Part shown: positions 1 through 13,465 of the stretch, one piece after another
Layout: the number at the start of each line of letters is the position of its first letter
How positions within the stretch are numbered: position 1 is the first letter of the stretch
Assembly: GCA_951406725.2 (NCBI GenBank)
Contig: OX597814.1
Span: 214,954,001-215,018,000, forward strand
DNA from: Octopus vulgaris
Taxonomy: Eukaryota
Direction of reading: 5' to 3'
Length of the DNA: 64,000 bases
The notes under the pieces: generated by a model
Databases searched by the model: none
What the model was told of the DNA's origin: nothing
Seen by the model: the letters and a program-made list of their open reading frames with translations, nothing else
Program-made: the position numbers and the translations under genes

Positions 1-299
1 CGTGTAAGCTGCAAACATAGCTAAATTTTCAGTTGAGTGCTCGAGGACAAGTACTATTTGAAATCTATTGCTATGCACAACGATTAGAGAACTAGATAAG
101 GTCCCTTTACTGCGATAACAGGGCAGTAAGCCATATGGTATAAAGAAGGTGTGAGGAAGTAGTGTTGAGAAAAGGACATTAAGCAATGTGGGAGTCAAGA
201 CAGTTCTTAAATTCCTTGTTAATCCCATATACTTCAGAGTTCGATATGTTCAATTTTATAGCAACGTAAACGTTGTTGAAAACATTGATATAATCGAAA

Positions 300-560
300 G
301 TATATTAGGACATCCAGTATGTCCCAAGGCCGTAAACAGGTCTGGTCGTCTGACTTGGTCAAGTACCAATGTAAAATCTTCACAAATGCAATAGTCAGGG
401 AAGTCTTTTGCTCTCTACACCACCACATATTCAGTTGGTGAAGAGAAGACTTCAATATTAACCATTTATTGTTTCGAACCGAATCCTCGTTGTCACTCTG
501 TACAATAAATAGACTGAGTTCTTAAATAAAGCACAACACGGGAAAAACATTTACCTTCAT
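300..560 (-). pseudogene. Decayed APE-endonuclease region of a CR1/L2-type LINE
   Basis: Minus-strand peptides 'YLLYRV' and 'KDFPDYCICEDFTLVLDQVRRPD' resemble the APE motifs (YRSP and 'DF...L.Q.V..PTR.PD'); frameshifted. Confidence 0.3.
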
Positions 561-1027
561 AGCTTGGCTGAGATATGTCCTTGTAATTAAAGTAGCCTCA
601 AATATGCACTGTTTTAATTTTTTTCTATAGTGTTGGCAAGCATTAAAAACCCTGTTTATGTTATTGTTGGTGTTTAGCACCAAGACAAACGTGATATGAA
701 GGGGCCTACTAACAAAGGTAGGCCAGCCGTGACCATTTTGTTTTTTAAGAGATTTACCAATTTACTATTCGCAGCATCCTGAAACTGATGCAAAACAGCG
801 TCGTTAGTTACAGGTTTCATCAGGTCAATCACTTGTTCGCTGCATTTCTGACAGGATGAAGAATGATAGAGTACCTCCAACTCGGTGCAGAACAAATATC
901 GCAAAGGGTCTTATTCGACGAGCACTTGCTTTTCAGTGTCTTTGCTTAAGTTTACATACTTTGTCAATATATACCAGCAAAACTTACACACAAACGTGTA
1001 TATATAGATGCTGCATACACTCATTAC

Positions 1028-1329
<302 letters not shown>

Positions 1330-1753
1330 GCAGGCGTGGCTTTGTGGTAAGAATCTTGCTTCCCAACCACGTGGTTCCAGGTTCAGTCCCAATGTGTGGC
1401 CCCTTGGGTAAGTGTCCTTATGAGGGGATTTGGTACACAGAAATTGAAAGACGCCCGTCGTATATATGTATATAGCTATGTATGTATATCTTTGTGTCTG
1501 TGTTAGTCTCTCATAACCACCACCACCACCACCACCACCACCACCACCACCACCACCACCACCACCGCCAACACTTGACAACCGATGTTGTTGTGCTTAT
1601 GTCCCCGTAACTTAGCGGTTCCGCAAAATAGACCGATCGAATGAGTACTAACTTTAAAAAAATAAGTCCTGGGTCGAGTTGTTCGACTAAAACCCTTCAA
1701 GGAGATGCCCCAGCATTGCCGCAGTGAAATGATTGAAACAAGTAAAAGATAAA
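1330..1753 (+). mobile_element. SINE family A (tRNA head, CORE-like CCTTGGGCAAGTG, LINE-derived tail), with an internal (CCA)n expansion
   Basis: Head GGCGTGGCTTTGTGGTAAG...GGTTCAGTCCC; tail GAAACAAGTAAAAGA; homologous to many copies in the window. Confidence 0.9.
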
Positions 1754-1761
1754 GGATATAT

Positions 1762-1816
<55 letters not shown>

Positions 1817-1819
<3 letters not shown>

Positions 1820-1938
1820 CGTGGCTGTGTTGCAAGAAGCTTGCTTCCCAACCACATGACTCTTGGTTCCGTCTCACTGCGTGGCATCTTGGGCAAGTAT
1901 CTTGTGAGTAGATTTGATAGATAGAAACTGAAAGAAGT

Positions 1939-1979
<41 letters not shown>

Positions 1980-2285
1980 TAAATAATATTAGACTAATAA
2001 GAATTATAGAAATTATTATTACCAGTAGCCTAGCACAAAAAAATTAGTCAATAGACTATATATTATTCACATAAAAATATTGTGTACATTAAAACACATA
2101 AAAATATCGTGTACATTAATAGCCTCTTAATGTGTTTAAATGTACACGATATTTATATATAAATATATACATATAATACTAGGCTTAAAAAATAAGACCT
2201 GGGGTCGATTTATGTGACTAAAATCGTTCAAGGCTGTGCTCCAGCATGGTCGCAGTCTAATGACTGAAACAAGTAAAAGAATGAA

Positions 2286-2286
<1 letters not shown>
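1817..2286 (+). mobile_element. SINE family A, interrupted at its internal (TA)n by a ~200-bp AT-rich insertion
   Basis: Head at 1817-1945, tail at 2178-2286. Confidence 0.8.
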
Positions 2287-2368
<82 letters not shown>

Positions 2369-2384
2369 TGTATGTATGTATTCC

Positions 2385-2535
2385 CATCCGCTTCTGCCTA
2401 GTGTTTGTCTAACAAACTCCATTTAAGAAGCGTTTGTGAACCCGAGTTTACAGTAGAAGATATTGCCCTCTGTGATGCAGAATCGACCTCAAAGCCACGT
2501 GGTTGCAAAATCAGCTTCCTTGTTACACAGCCACA
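2385..2535 (-). mobile_element. Degenerate SINE family A, 5' half
   Basis: Reverse complement of the head (GTGGCTGTGTAACAAGGAAGCTG...CCACGTGG). Confidence 0.6.
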
Positions 2536-2821
2536 CTTACATCTAAGAACTACATGATATGGTGTGTCATTCTCCCTTTTAACATAGTGGATTATAGTTG
2601 AATGCTTCTTTGTTGAGTACTTCTAGCAGGGTAAGTGATTACATAAGGGCTACCTTATTGTTTTCTTTTATTTAAGCACCCTGATGGGTGTATTTTTTTT
2701 TCTGTGTGCATAGAAAGTATAGGAAATTGCCTTATGTGTGTTACCTTAAAGGTTATGTGCGTTCAAGTTGAGAGAAAAGTAAAATCTGAAGAAATCGTCA
2801 CCCGGTATTTTTAGTTATGAA

Positions 2822-3038
2822 TTCTCTTACTCTTTTACTTGTTTCAGTTAGTTGACTGCGGCCATGCTGGAGCACCGCCTTTAGTCGAGCAAATCGACCC
2901 CGGGTCTTATTCTGTGGATGCCTAGCACTTATTCTATCGGTCGCTTTTGCCGAACCGCTAAGTTACGGGGACGTAAACGTACCACCATCGGTTGTCAGGC
3001 GATGTTGGGGGAACACGCACATATATACAGACACATCC

Positions 3039-3111
<73 letters not shown>

Positions 3112-3142
3112 CATATAAATATATACGACGGGGGCTTCTTTC
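2822..3142 (-). mobile_element. SINE family A, 3' half
   Basis: CTTTTACTTGTTTCAG...GCGGCCATGCTGGAGCACCGCC. Confidence 0.85.
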
Positions 3143-3149
3143 ATTTAAC

Positions 3150-3275
3150 GACTCTAAAAGGATGAAACGCAAACCTGATTTCGTCGGGATTTGAACTTGG
3201 AACTTCTAGAGCCAGAACAAATACTCGGAGTCAGTTTATCAACGCTCTAACGATTCCGCCAATCCTTCGTCTTTC
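3150..3275 (-). mobile_element. Degenerate SINE family B head
   Basis: AAAGGATGAAA...ATTTGAACT...CTAACGATTCCGCC. Confidence 0.5.
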
Positions 3276-3637
3276 ATCATTTTTCAATAACGTTCACTGA
3301 CCCACCCACTCACACGCTCACGCATGTGTGAGTGAGTGCGTGTGAGTGTGTGTCTGTGAATTAGTTTTATCAACATTAATAAATTAATCGTAAGCAAAAG
3401 AAGAATGTGCCAATACTAAATCATAAGAGTTCAGTGGTAGGTGTGATAATTAAGTTGTATTAAACAGAAAAATGTTTTATCGTACTAATAAAATTTTTAC
3501 TGTTTAGGTTGATCGTTGATATCATTTTTAGATATTTAAGAGATTCTTCAGGATATCAAGGACTGATGCCCTATTTATTTAAAAAAAGATACACTATTTC
3601 AAGCCTCGTATTACACACTCACACACACATACACACG

Positions 3638-3669
<32 letters not shown>

Positions 3670-3726
3670 CACTCACACACACACACACACACACTCACAC
3701 ACACACACACATGTACGTAAATACAT

Positions 3727-3878
3727 TGGCTGTGTAGTGAGTAGCTTGTTTACCAACCACATGGTTCCGGGTTCATTCCCACTGCGTGGCACCTTGAGCA
3801 AGTGTCTTCTACTATAGCCTCGGGCCGACCAAAGCCTTGTGAGTGGATTTGGTAGGCGGAAACTGAAAGAAGCCCGTC

Positions 3879-3920
<42 letters not shown>

Positions 3921-4139
3921 ATATGTTTATATGTCTGTGTTTGTCCCGCCAACATCGCTTGACAACTGATGGTGGTGTGTGTACGTCTCCGTAACTTAGC
4001 GGTTCGGCAAAAAGAGACTGATAGAATAAGTACTAGGCTTACAAAGAATAAGTCCTGGAGTCGATTTGCTGGACTGAAGGCGGTGCTCCAGCATGGCCGC
4101 AGTCAAATGACTGAAACAAGTAAAAGAGAATAAAAGAGA

Positions 4140-4140
<1 letters not shown>
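3727..4140 (+). mobile_element. SINE family A, full length
   Basis: Complete head, internal (TA)n(TG)n, and tail ending TAAAAGAG repeats. Confidence 0.92.
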
Positions 4141-4190
<50 letters not shown>

Positions 4191-4242
4191 TGCATACATA
4201 CTTATGTGCGTGTATATATGTATATGTATATATAAATGTATA

Positions 4243-4632
4243 GGTGCAGGCATGGCTGTGTGGTAAGAAGCTTGCTTCCCAACCACATGATTCCTGGTTC
4301 AGTCCTACTGCGTGGCACCTTGGGCAATTGTCTTCTACTATAGCTTCGGGCTGACTAGTGCTTTGGGTGTGGATTTGGTAGATGGAAACTGAAAGAAGCC
4401 TATGTTTGTGTTTGTGTCTCTGTGCCTGTGTTTATCCCCCTCACTCATCGCTTGACAACTGGTGCTGGTGTTTACGTCCCTGTAATCTAGTGGTTCGGCC
4501 GAAGAACCCGATAGAATAAGCACCAGCTTTAAAAGAAAAGGGTACTGCTGTCGATTCATTCGACTAAAAGCTTCTCCAAGGCATGCCCCAGCATGACTGC
4601 AGTCTAATTAATGAAATAAGTAAAATATAAAA
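4243..4632 (+). mobile_element. SINE family A, full length
   Basis: Complete head and tail. Confidence 0.9.
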
Positions 4633-4642
4633 TATATATATA

Positions 4643-4843
4643 TGATAGATCGGTAGCCACTACACACATTTTTTCTCTCTCCTTGTTTCTCTCCTTGGTT
4701 TTTTTTCTGTGTGCCTTTCTGTAGAAGAGCGTAGGCGCGAAACGTAAAAGACTTTTTCTATTTCCGAGCGTTATACTAATACATCTGTTTGTTTTGTATA
4801 CCACCTGTCTTCGTCTTTTGGCTTTTTTCGTGAACTCCCCCCC
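4643..4843 (+). mobile_element. ~200-bp hammerhead-bearing Penelope-like non-autonomous element between (TA)n tracts
   Basis: CTTT-CTGTAGA-A-GAGCGTAGGCGC-GAAAC-GTA-AAAG at 4715-4750; homologous to 24501-24705 and 51036-51250. Confidence 0.7.
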
Positions 4844-4894
4844 TATATATGTATGTGTGTGTGTGTCTGTATGCCTTTTACTGTTTATTTATTA

Positions 4895-5330
4895 ACATTC
4901 TTTCTTGAATGAGAGAACTGGTTTTTAACAAAGGAACAAAAGCTTCATCATTGGAGTCTGGATATCAAGGAAGGTAATTGTTACATACTGAACTTTAAGA
5001 AAGTCATGCATAGTTTTACTACACACACACAGACACACAAACACACACACACAACATACACATCTATGTATGGAATTTCAACAACATCAACAGGATAGTT
5101 ATACATGTTTGTGTATGTGTGCAAACATTTAGAATCAGTGTTGTGCTGATCTGTGTACTCATTGGTGTATGTCTTGACATATGCATATCTACTTATATGC
5201 TAAACTTTTCGAAAGTTTTACATATTTTGACAGTTCCATTCATGGCTTGTAACTATTTTAGTCATATTAACTCTCAGGTTTTGAGAACCCTAATTTCTTG
5301 AAATTGGTACTGAAGCAATTTGTTATATAT
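4895..5330. repeat. Unclassified interspersed repeat
   Basis: Segments at 4900-4955 and 5070-5095 resemble 63775-63843. Confidence 0.4.
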
Positions 5331-5584
5331 CTAAGCGACACGATAATTACGGGTAAAAATCTGGACTTGCAATCCGGGTAGATGCACAGTGGTTGTGAAT
5401 TTCTCAATAGTTCAGCGTATGTGTTTTCTTTGCCGCTGATTCTTAAGTTTATGTTGACATCTGCTAATTTCCACAGTCTATGTATGTATGTATGTATGTA
5501 TGTATGTATGTATGTATGTATGTATGTATGTATGTATGTATGTATGTATGTATGTATATACGTATGTATGTACGTGCGTACGTA

Positions 5585-6467
5585 CGTGATCTGATCAATA
5601 AGTATCCGGACTGTTGCCATAGTAACGAAGCTGAAGCACGCAGAGTAAAGCCGCTTGGCACAGATTTACCTTAAACTCTGCTGTGTACACGCACTAAGTT
5701 TTAACTTTGTAGCTCACTTCCGCTGTTTACAGCAGTGCTTGCAAGGAAGGTGTGTAGCGTGTGATCGTCGCATTAACCATAACAGAGAAATTTGAGCAGA
5801 GAATCTGTAACAAATTTTGCTAAAAGCTTGACGATACCTGCTGAGAGACCTCTGCACAGTTTTCAAAAAGTTTTCATCGTTCTCGACACAATCAAAGAGA
5901 TCATGTGCAACTGAAACCGGAGTGTCTTTTTGCTCAGTTGGAAGCAGTTTTGGCACAAACCTGGCAAATACGCGTCTCATATCCAAATCCTCAGTGATAA
6001 TGGATTTAACGGAATCGTAACTAATCTGCACTTCCTCTGATGGTTATTCGACGATTTCTCCTCACAGCTGTACGCACAACTGCGATATTTTTCTAATCTC
6101 TACTGGTTGTAGCTCTCTCAGAACGTTCGTCAATATCGACATTATTTCGGCCATCTTGGAAATGTGTGAACCACTCATACGTTTGTGTGCGGCTCATACA
6201 CTCCTCTCCATACACTTTCTGTAACTTTGCGTCGGCCTTTGAGCAGGTAACGCCATGACAACTCTCTCCGTCAGGGTCACTGCAACGATCACGCTACACA
6301 CCTCCTTTCCAAGCTCTGATGTAAACAGCAGAAGTGAGCCGGAAACGTTAAAACTTAGTGCGCATGCACAGTGGAGTTCAAAGTCAATCTTTGCCAAGTG
6401 GGTTCACTCTGCTTGCTTTAGCTTCATTGCCATGGCAACAGGCCAGATACTTATTGACCACACCTCG
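5585..6467 (-). mobile_element. Mariner-derived non-autonomous element with a long inverted duplication of the 5' end; TA TSD
   Basis: TA|CGTGATCTGATCAATAAGTATC...GATACTTATTGACCACACCTCG|TA; minus strand encodes an N-terminal mariner transposase (..TYEWF..DIDERS..; ISYDSVKSIITEDLDMRRVFARFVPKLL..ENFLKTV) that stops before the DD34D domain. Confidence 0.9.
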
Positions 6468-6774
6468 TACGGGTGTATGTATGTACGAATGTATGTATGT
6501 ATGTATGTATGTATGTATGTATGTATGTATGTATGTATGTATGTATGTATGTATGTATGTATGTATGTATGTATGTATATATGTATGTACGTACGTATGT
6601 GTATGTATGTATGTATGTATGTACGTATGTATGTGTATGTATTTATGTATGTATTTACGTATGTGTGTATGCATACATGTATTTATGTATGTATGTATGC
6701 ATATATGTATGTATATTACGCACGTACGTCCGTCTGTTCCTTTATCCATTCTTAATTTCATAATATTGAAAGAA

Positions 6775-6858
6775 ACTTATAGCTCTATGATAATTTAAAT
6801 ACTTATAGCTCTTGTAATAATTTAAATATTTGAAGCTCTTGTAATAATTTAAATACTA
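6775..6858. repeat. ~28-bp tandem repeat, 3 copies
   Basis: ACTTATAGCTCTTGTAATAATTTAAAT-like units. Confidence 0.8.
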
Positions 6859-7419
6859 AGCAAAATGATTTCAAACAGTTAATCATAACATTTAATATAG
6901 AACAACGTAGCTATTTTATTTTCATGTCTAATGAATCTTTTTTTTTTATCGGCCTTGTAAGAAGAGGAAGGATAGCTTCTATGATCTTTTGTGGCACTTC
7001 CCAAACTACTAGGAAAAGGGAGGACTGAAATCACAACCTTTGGTTTGATGTAACTGGAAGCAGAGTATTAATATAATCGAGTTATTTAACCCCAGAGCGG
7101 TTCGAAGGCACGCAGAAAGGAAAAAGCAAATGGGTATCCTAGCGTGATTAGCTTCCCGTTCTCTCCCTCAGTGATAGTAATACTCCTGGTTATCCTTCTA
7201 GTCTTCGCAGGTCATCAAAATCTGGGGTCCTTGCACAAGCCCACATGCATCCACTTCTATATATTTCTTGAAGGTGAGAACAAGTCAAAGATCAACATTA
7301 ATATAAATATTTGTGCCAATAGCTTCCTCTTTCCCATGTACTGTAAAACAAATATATTAGCAAGCGTGTGATGCCTGGATTGTATTTGCTTTCTCACCTT
7401 AGCATCAACGTTATCCAGA

Positions 7420-7580
7420 AAGATAGAACACCTACAAAAATCAGCATTGCTTGGAACTGCAAGAATTCTTCGCAGGGTTCTTGAAGTATGACCAGTGAAC
7501 AAGTGTCACCTGAATCTGCTGGCTGTGAACAGCTGACACTTTCCATCATACCCAGCAAAATAAGCTGTAATTTTTGAAAA
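7420..7580 (+). mobile_element. 3' end of an R4/Dong-type RLE LINE
   Basis: IEHLQKSALLGTARILRRVLEV* (stop at 7489-7491), the typical C-terminus of this clade, followed by 3' UTR. Confidence 0.8.
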
Positions 7581-7881
7581 GGAGGTTCCTGGAAAATCAG
7601 CCAAAGCATATAGAAACCCTCACCATCGTTTGATAAATAGCGAGATGTCATCTTCATCCTGGTCCTTTTCTAAGTAAAATTCTCCGTACGAAGAGACATA
7701 CTTCATCTATACATTCATCCATACGTCTCCTTTACATCGAGCTGGCTCATGAACGCTCTAATGCGACCGACAACAATTGCAAACTGATTGCTGCTGCCGT
7801 TGTTGTTGTTCTTACTGTTTATACGCCATTTTCTCCATTAGAATTTCTGCTTTCAACAGTATTTTTAAAAAAATTTCCATT

Positions 7882-8298
7882 ACTCTTTTACTCTTTTACT
7901 CTTTTACTTGTTTCAGTCATCTGACTGCGGCCATGCTGGAGCACCGCCTTTAGTCGAGCAACTCGACCCCGGGACCTATTCTTTGTAAGCCCAGTACTTA
8001 TTCTATCGGTTACTTTTGCCGAACCGCTAAGTGACGGGGACGTAAACACACCAGCATCGGTTGTCAAGGAATGCTAGGGGGACAAACACAGACACACAAA
8101 CATATACACACACACTTATATATATATATACATATATACGACAGGCTTCTTTCAGTTTCCGTCTACCAAATCCACTCACAAGGCATTGGTCGGCCCGGGG
8201 CTATAGCAGAAGACACTTGCCCAAGATGCCACGCAGTGGGACTGAACCCGGAACCATGTGGTTGGTTAGCAAGCTACTTACCACACAGCCACTCCTGC
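7882..8298 (-). mobile_element. SINE family A, full length
   Basis: Tail (CTTTTACT)n through head ...CCACACAGCCACTCCTGC. Confidence 0.93.
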
Positions 8299-8719
8299 TC
8301 CCATTGTATAACATTAAGTTTTATCTATTTTTTTCCTTGCTCATGTGATTTTTTTTTTCATGGATATATTTTCCTTTTATGAAAATACTTTGATGGACCT
8401 TCGGTTACATTTTTGGAGCGAATGTAGCTCCCTCTATGGCAAGCATCTCTTTCCTGCTTCTTCTGAGACTGACATTTTGCAAGCCCGTAAATATTGCAAA
8501 TGATATAGGACAGAAGTATGCATACTTGAGAAATATAATATTCGTCCAAGGTTTTTCTTCCATCCCAGACAAAGGAGAGAATATTTAAATATTTAAGAGC
8601 CTTTTGGTAATTCCATTTGGTAATTCTTGTAAAAAATACTTTTTCATTGGAGCATTGAAGATGACGTCCAAACTTATTGCTGACGTTGTCGTTGTTGTTG
8701 ATATTATTATTATTATTAT

Positions 8720-9558
8720 TATTGGCATTTCACTTCCCATGCTCCCAGTGCCCCTACGACTACTGTGATGTCAGTTAATTCCATCATTGCCCTCATTCGT
8801 ACAATCTCATCTTTTAGCGGCTGTACTTCTTAATCTTTTCTTGTTGTTGTTGTTGTTGTTGTTCTTCTTCTTCTTCTTCTTCTTCTTCTTCTTCTTCTTC
8901 TTCTTCTTCTTCTTCTTCTTCTTCTTCTTCTTCTTCTTTAATCTGCATGTTTGTTACAATCACTTACCGAGACACACCCAGCGTCCTAGAGCGAGTGAAG
9001 GATAAGAGATGTTACAATATGACTGAAAACTTGGGGAGGGGAAGTGGAGGGGACAGTAGCAAAATATATTCATGTAATACAATGCAGATATTTAAATTGA
9101 AAGGGTTTTTCTAAGGATGTGGGCTGTACTTGTCAGCACAATCTTTTGGATTCCTCTGAGACATGGTTCTCCTTGGATATTATCTAGATGTTTCTGACAT
9201 CGCTTTCTTATCATCCCCAGGGCACATCCACTAACAGGAACAGTTCTCACTTTAAGATGCCACATCTTTCTTATTTCCTATTTCCAGGTCCTTATATTTA
9301 CTTAATTTGTCAAATTTCTTTACTGATACATTTTTATCAGTGGAAACACTTACATCTATTAGTCTACAAGTATTTTCTTCTCTGTCTTTAATGACTATGT
9401 CTGGTCATTTAGCCAGGATCGTTCTGTCAGTGTTGACTGGAAAATCCCAGAGGATAGTGACATTTTTACCTTCAGCGACTGGCTCAGGATATGTTCATAT
9501 CAGTAAGCAGGAGTGATGATATTATAGTTTTGACATATTTTCCAATGTAAATACTGTC
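8720..9558 (-). mobile_element. R4/Dong-type LINE 3' fragments (8938-9558 is the same family as 15143-16539)
   Basis: VVGALG remnant at ~8750; 8938-9558 aligns by eye with 15149-15760 (ILWDFPVNTDRTI, PDIV). Confidence 0.85.
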
Positions 9559-9761
<203 letters not shown>

Positions 9762-9764
9762 CTA

Positions 9765-9905
9765 AGGCAGAATCATTAGCGTGCTGGACGAGATGTTTAG
9801 CGGTATTTCGCCTGTCACTAAATTCTGAGATCAAATTCCGCCGAGGTCTACTTTGCCTTTCAGCCTTTCATACTTCACTGCCCTTGTGGCAAAATTTGAA
9901 ACCAT
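9765..9905 (+). mobile_element. SINE family B, partial
   Basis: GGCAGAATCATTAGC...AATTCCGCCGAGGTCTACTTTGCCTTT. Confidence 0.75.
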
Positions 9906-9913
9906 TATTATTA

Positions 9914-12900
9914 TTTATTGTCTTTGCACAGCTTCTATCTCTGGAAACGTAACACGGTGCCAGCTGTTCACTACCAGTGAACTAAGGTAATACCCCTTAT
10001 TCTTCGAGCACCATACAGAGTATTCGAGCGGTTCCGAGTAGTGCTGTTTCCTGCAAGTGCCCCACCCTTATTGCAGCCCCTATTTGTCCATGTATTTCTC
10101 AAGATTTTTACTCATTGTTCACAGGGCTCCGACAATTATTGGTACTACTACCACCTTTTTCAGCGACCACAACTGCTTAACCTCCTAAGCTAACCTGTCA
10201 TATCTATCGACTTTCTTTCTTCCTTATCGCATACCTTGTTGACAGCTGGGCATGCTATATCTATGATCCAGCATCGCTTGCTTTCTTTCTCAATGAACAG
10301 TATGTCTGGCTTCCAATTATCTATCTCATAGTCGCACTGAATCACAAGATCTCATAGGAACTTTGCATTATCATTTTCGATGACGCCTTCGGGTTTATGT
10401 TGTACCACTATTTTGCTTTGTCAAGTCCGTACTTGTTGCAAAGTGTCCAATGAACAATCCTTGCTATATTGTCATGACGTCTCACATTCTTTCTGGGCTA
10501 GTGGCATAATTGACTGGTAATATGCCATACGGTTTCACCATTTTGTCCACAAATTCTGCACTTATCACTTTCTGATGTGTTGTCTATTCTGTATTTGATA
10601 TAATTCGTTCTTAGTGCTTGCTCTTGGACAGATTAGAGCCTCCGTTTCCAGTTTTAAATCACCTTTAGTCATCCACAGCCTTCTTTTTTCTCTGTCTGTC
10701 TTAATTTCAGCATCCCTATGAAATTTTCCCTGCATTCTTTTCTTTGTTTACCGATTTTCAGTTTCATTCATTCTCAAGTGCTTGTACAGTGCTTTATCTT
10801 TGCAATCTTCCATCCTACACAAGCCCGACCTTCTTACTTCAATAACAGTGGTTCTGTGGAATTTTTTGCATGCCATGCTATGTTGTTTTCTTCTGCTCTA
10901 ACGCTGTGTTCACATCCAATCAATCCTCTTCCCCCTCTTTCTTGGTACATACAGTATGTCTGTGACGCCTTTTGGGTGGAGTATCCTATATCTTGTCACC
11001 AACTTCCTTGTCGTTCTGTCTAAGCTGTTTAGTTCGTCTATTGTCCATGCGATTACCCCTGATCCATATCTAAGGAATGAAACCGCCCAAGTGTTGATAG
11101 CTTCAATATTATTCTGTCCGTTTAATTCCGACTTAAGTCCCAGTCTGCGTAAGTACTCCACCTTAAATTTTTCTCTCATTTCTTTCTCCATCAATTTATC
11201 CATTTCCAACGTCCCCAAGTACTTATAGCCCGTCTCGTCTATCTGCTTTATAACCTCCTCCGACGGTACCGCTAGCCCGTCCATACACTTGATTTTGCCT
11301 CTCTTCAAGATTATCACACCACATTTTTTCAGTGCGATTTCCATTCTGATATCAGAACTGAAAGAAAACACCCAATTAACGAGGGAACTGACTTGAGAAT
11401 CATCTTTACCATAAAGTTTGAAGTCATCCATGAATAACAAGTGGTTGACTTTCTGTTGGCAGCTTTTGAATACATAACCAGCCTTTGCTTTCCTCAGAAT
11501 CAGTGTTAGTGGTATCATGCACAGTAAAAAGATCAGTGGAGACAAGCCTGGGAAGATACCTCCACTGATTTCTGTTGTCCCTAAACTTCTTCCATATGCT
11601 GTCAATTTCGTCCTCCACTTTGCGATTCTTTTTCCAAGCAATCGCTCAACATTCGATGCAATATCAAAGAGGTTCATACATTCCATAATCCAAGAATGTG
11701 GGATCATATCGTACGCTTTACAATAACAGATCCATGACGTACCTAAGTTGGTTTTCCTCCTTTGCAGCCACTAAGTACAGTTTTTTTCTACCAGGAGTTG
11801 ATCCTTGGTACCTCTGCACTTATGCTTGCAACCCTTCTGCTCACGTGGCAGGACTCCTTTTTTTCCAGATGTCCGTACATTGACTCTGCGACTATTACAG
11901 TAAATATTTTCAACATAAGTGGCAAGCAGGATATCGGCCTGTAATTGTCTACCGTATTGCCTTTTTCGATGTTTTTTAAGCACAACACTGTCCTACCCAT
12001 TGTCAACCACTCTGGTGTTACTTGGTCGGCATTTAACAAGGTGTTGATTTGTGCAGCTGTTCATGCACGACACTCACCAAATCTTTTGATCCAGTAGCCT
12101 TGAACTCCATCTGGTCCAGGGGCCTTCTAGTTGCCCATTTTGTGCTGATTTCCTTCACTTCTCTAACTGAAATGACTTGTTCTTCCTGTTTTGGACAGAC
12201 TACTGTTTGTTTCAGTTCTTGCAACCATTCAGCATCCTTCTTGTGCTCCTTGCTTTTGCATCAGGTGTCACTCCAAAACCTTTGACTTTCATTGTTATCT
12301 GGTATCAACTTTTCATCTGTACGCTCTCCTTTTATTTCTCTGTAGACTCTCTTCTGATCTGCTTTGAATAACCTATTCTGCTGGTAATCCTTCATTGTTT
12401 GGTCGTATCGTACCATCTTTACTTTCTTTGCAACGAGGTACTGTCTCAGTTCCTCCATTACCATTTCAGGCTCTTTTTTTCAATATTATACTTCCTTTTC
12501 AGCGCCCTGTATTTTTGTTCGCTTTTAAGCTGCCCCTTTTCTTTTCGGTCTAACACAGAAATGTCCTTCGAGAGCATATCTAACCCCGCCAATATTCTTC
12601 TCTTCCACCATGGATCTTTTCTTTGTTCACTCCCATTATATTTCTTTTTCTTGACATCAACACTCACGTTTTCTGCTACAGCAACACTTGCTGCCTTGAT
12701 CAAATTATTTGTTTCCGTGATATTTTTTGTTCTGATGTATTTCAGAATTTCATTCACATTTTTCGTTTCTTGGTTCAATTTCCACCGATCAACCATTTTA
12801 AAGTTGCAAATAATGTGCCTATCGTTCTCCTGTAGCCTTGCCTTTATTCTGTTGTAGATTTTGTCCATTTGTCATGTCACCATTAGTACAATTGTCTTCT

Positions 12901-13130
12901 TCTAAACAATCTATATGTCTTTCATCGTGCGAGCTATCACTGTTGCTTTCCTGTGGTTTATTAGAGATTTCACCTCTATTTTCTGCTATGAGATTACTTT
13001 TATCTGTAGGAACTGTATTTTCATCGCAGCGATTATGAGGTATATGAGGTAGTGATTATCAGGTTGCGCAATTACCAGTGTTTTTATTGTGACACCATCA
13101 CTAGAAATATCATCAATCAGAGCATAGGGA
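9914..13130 (-). mobile_element. Long decayed R4/Dong-clade non-LTR retrotransposon (RT, zinc knuckle, RLE)
   Basis: In order on the minus strand: PWWKRRI; QQNRLF; [11 protein letters not shown]; [10 protein letters not shown]; GTKDQLLV; IPHSWI; NHLLFMDDFKLY; YKYLG; CRICGQNGETVWHI; PDILF..IIDIACP; LQETALLGTARIL. Multiple frameshifts. Confidence 0.95.
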
Positions 13131-13193
13131 GGTTCCAACTGCTTCCTTTCATTATTATTATTATCATCACTAATATTATTTTCATTTTCCCCC

Positions 13194-13410
13194 TACTCTT
13201 TACTCTTTACTCTTTTACTCTTTTACTTGTTTCAGTCATTTGACTGCGGCCATGCTGGAGCACCGCCTTTAGTCGAGCAATCGACTTATTCTTTGTAAGC
13301 CCAGTACTTATTCTATCGGTCTCTTTTGCCGAACCGCTAAGTGACGGGGACGTAAACACACCAGCATCGGTTGTCAAGCAATGCTAGGGGGGACAAACAC
13401 AGACACACAA

Positions 13411-13465
<55 letters not shown>

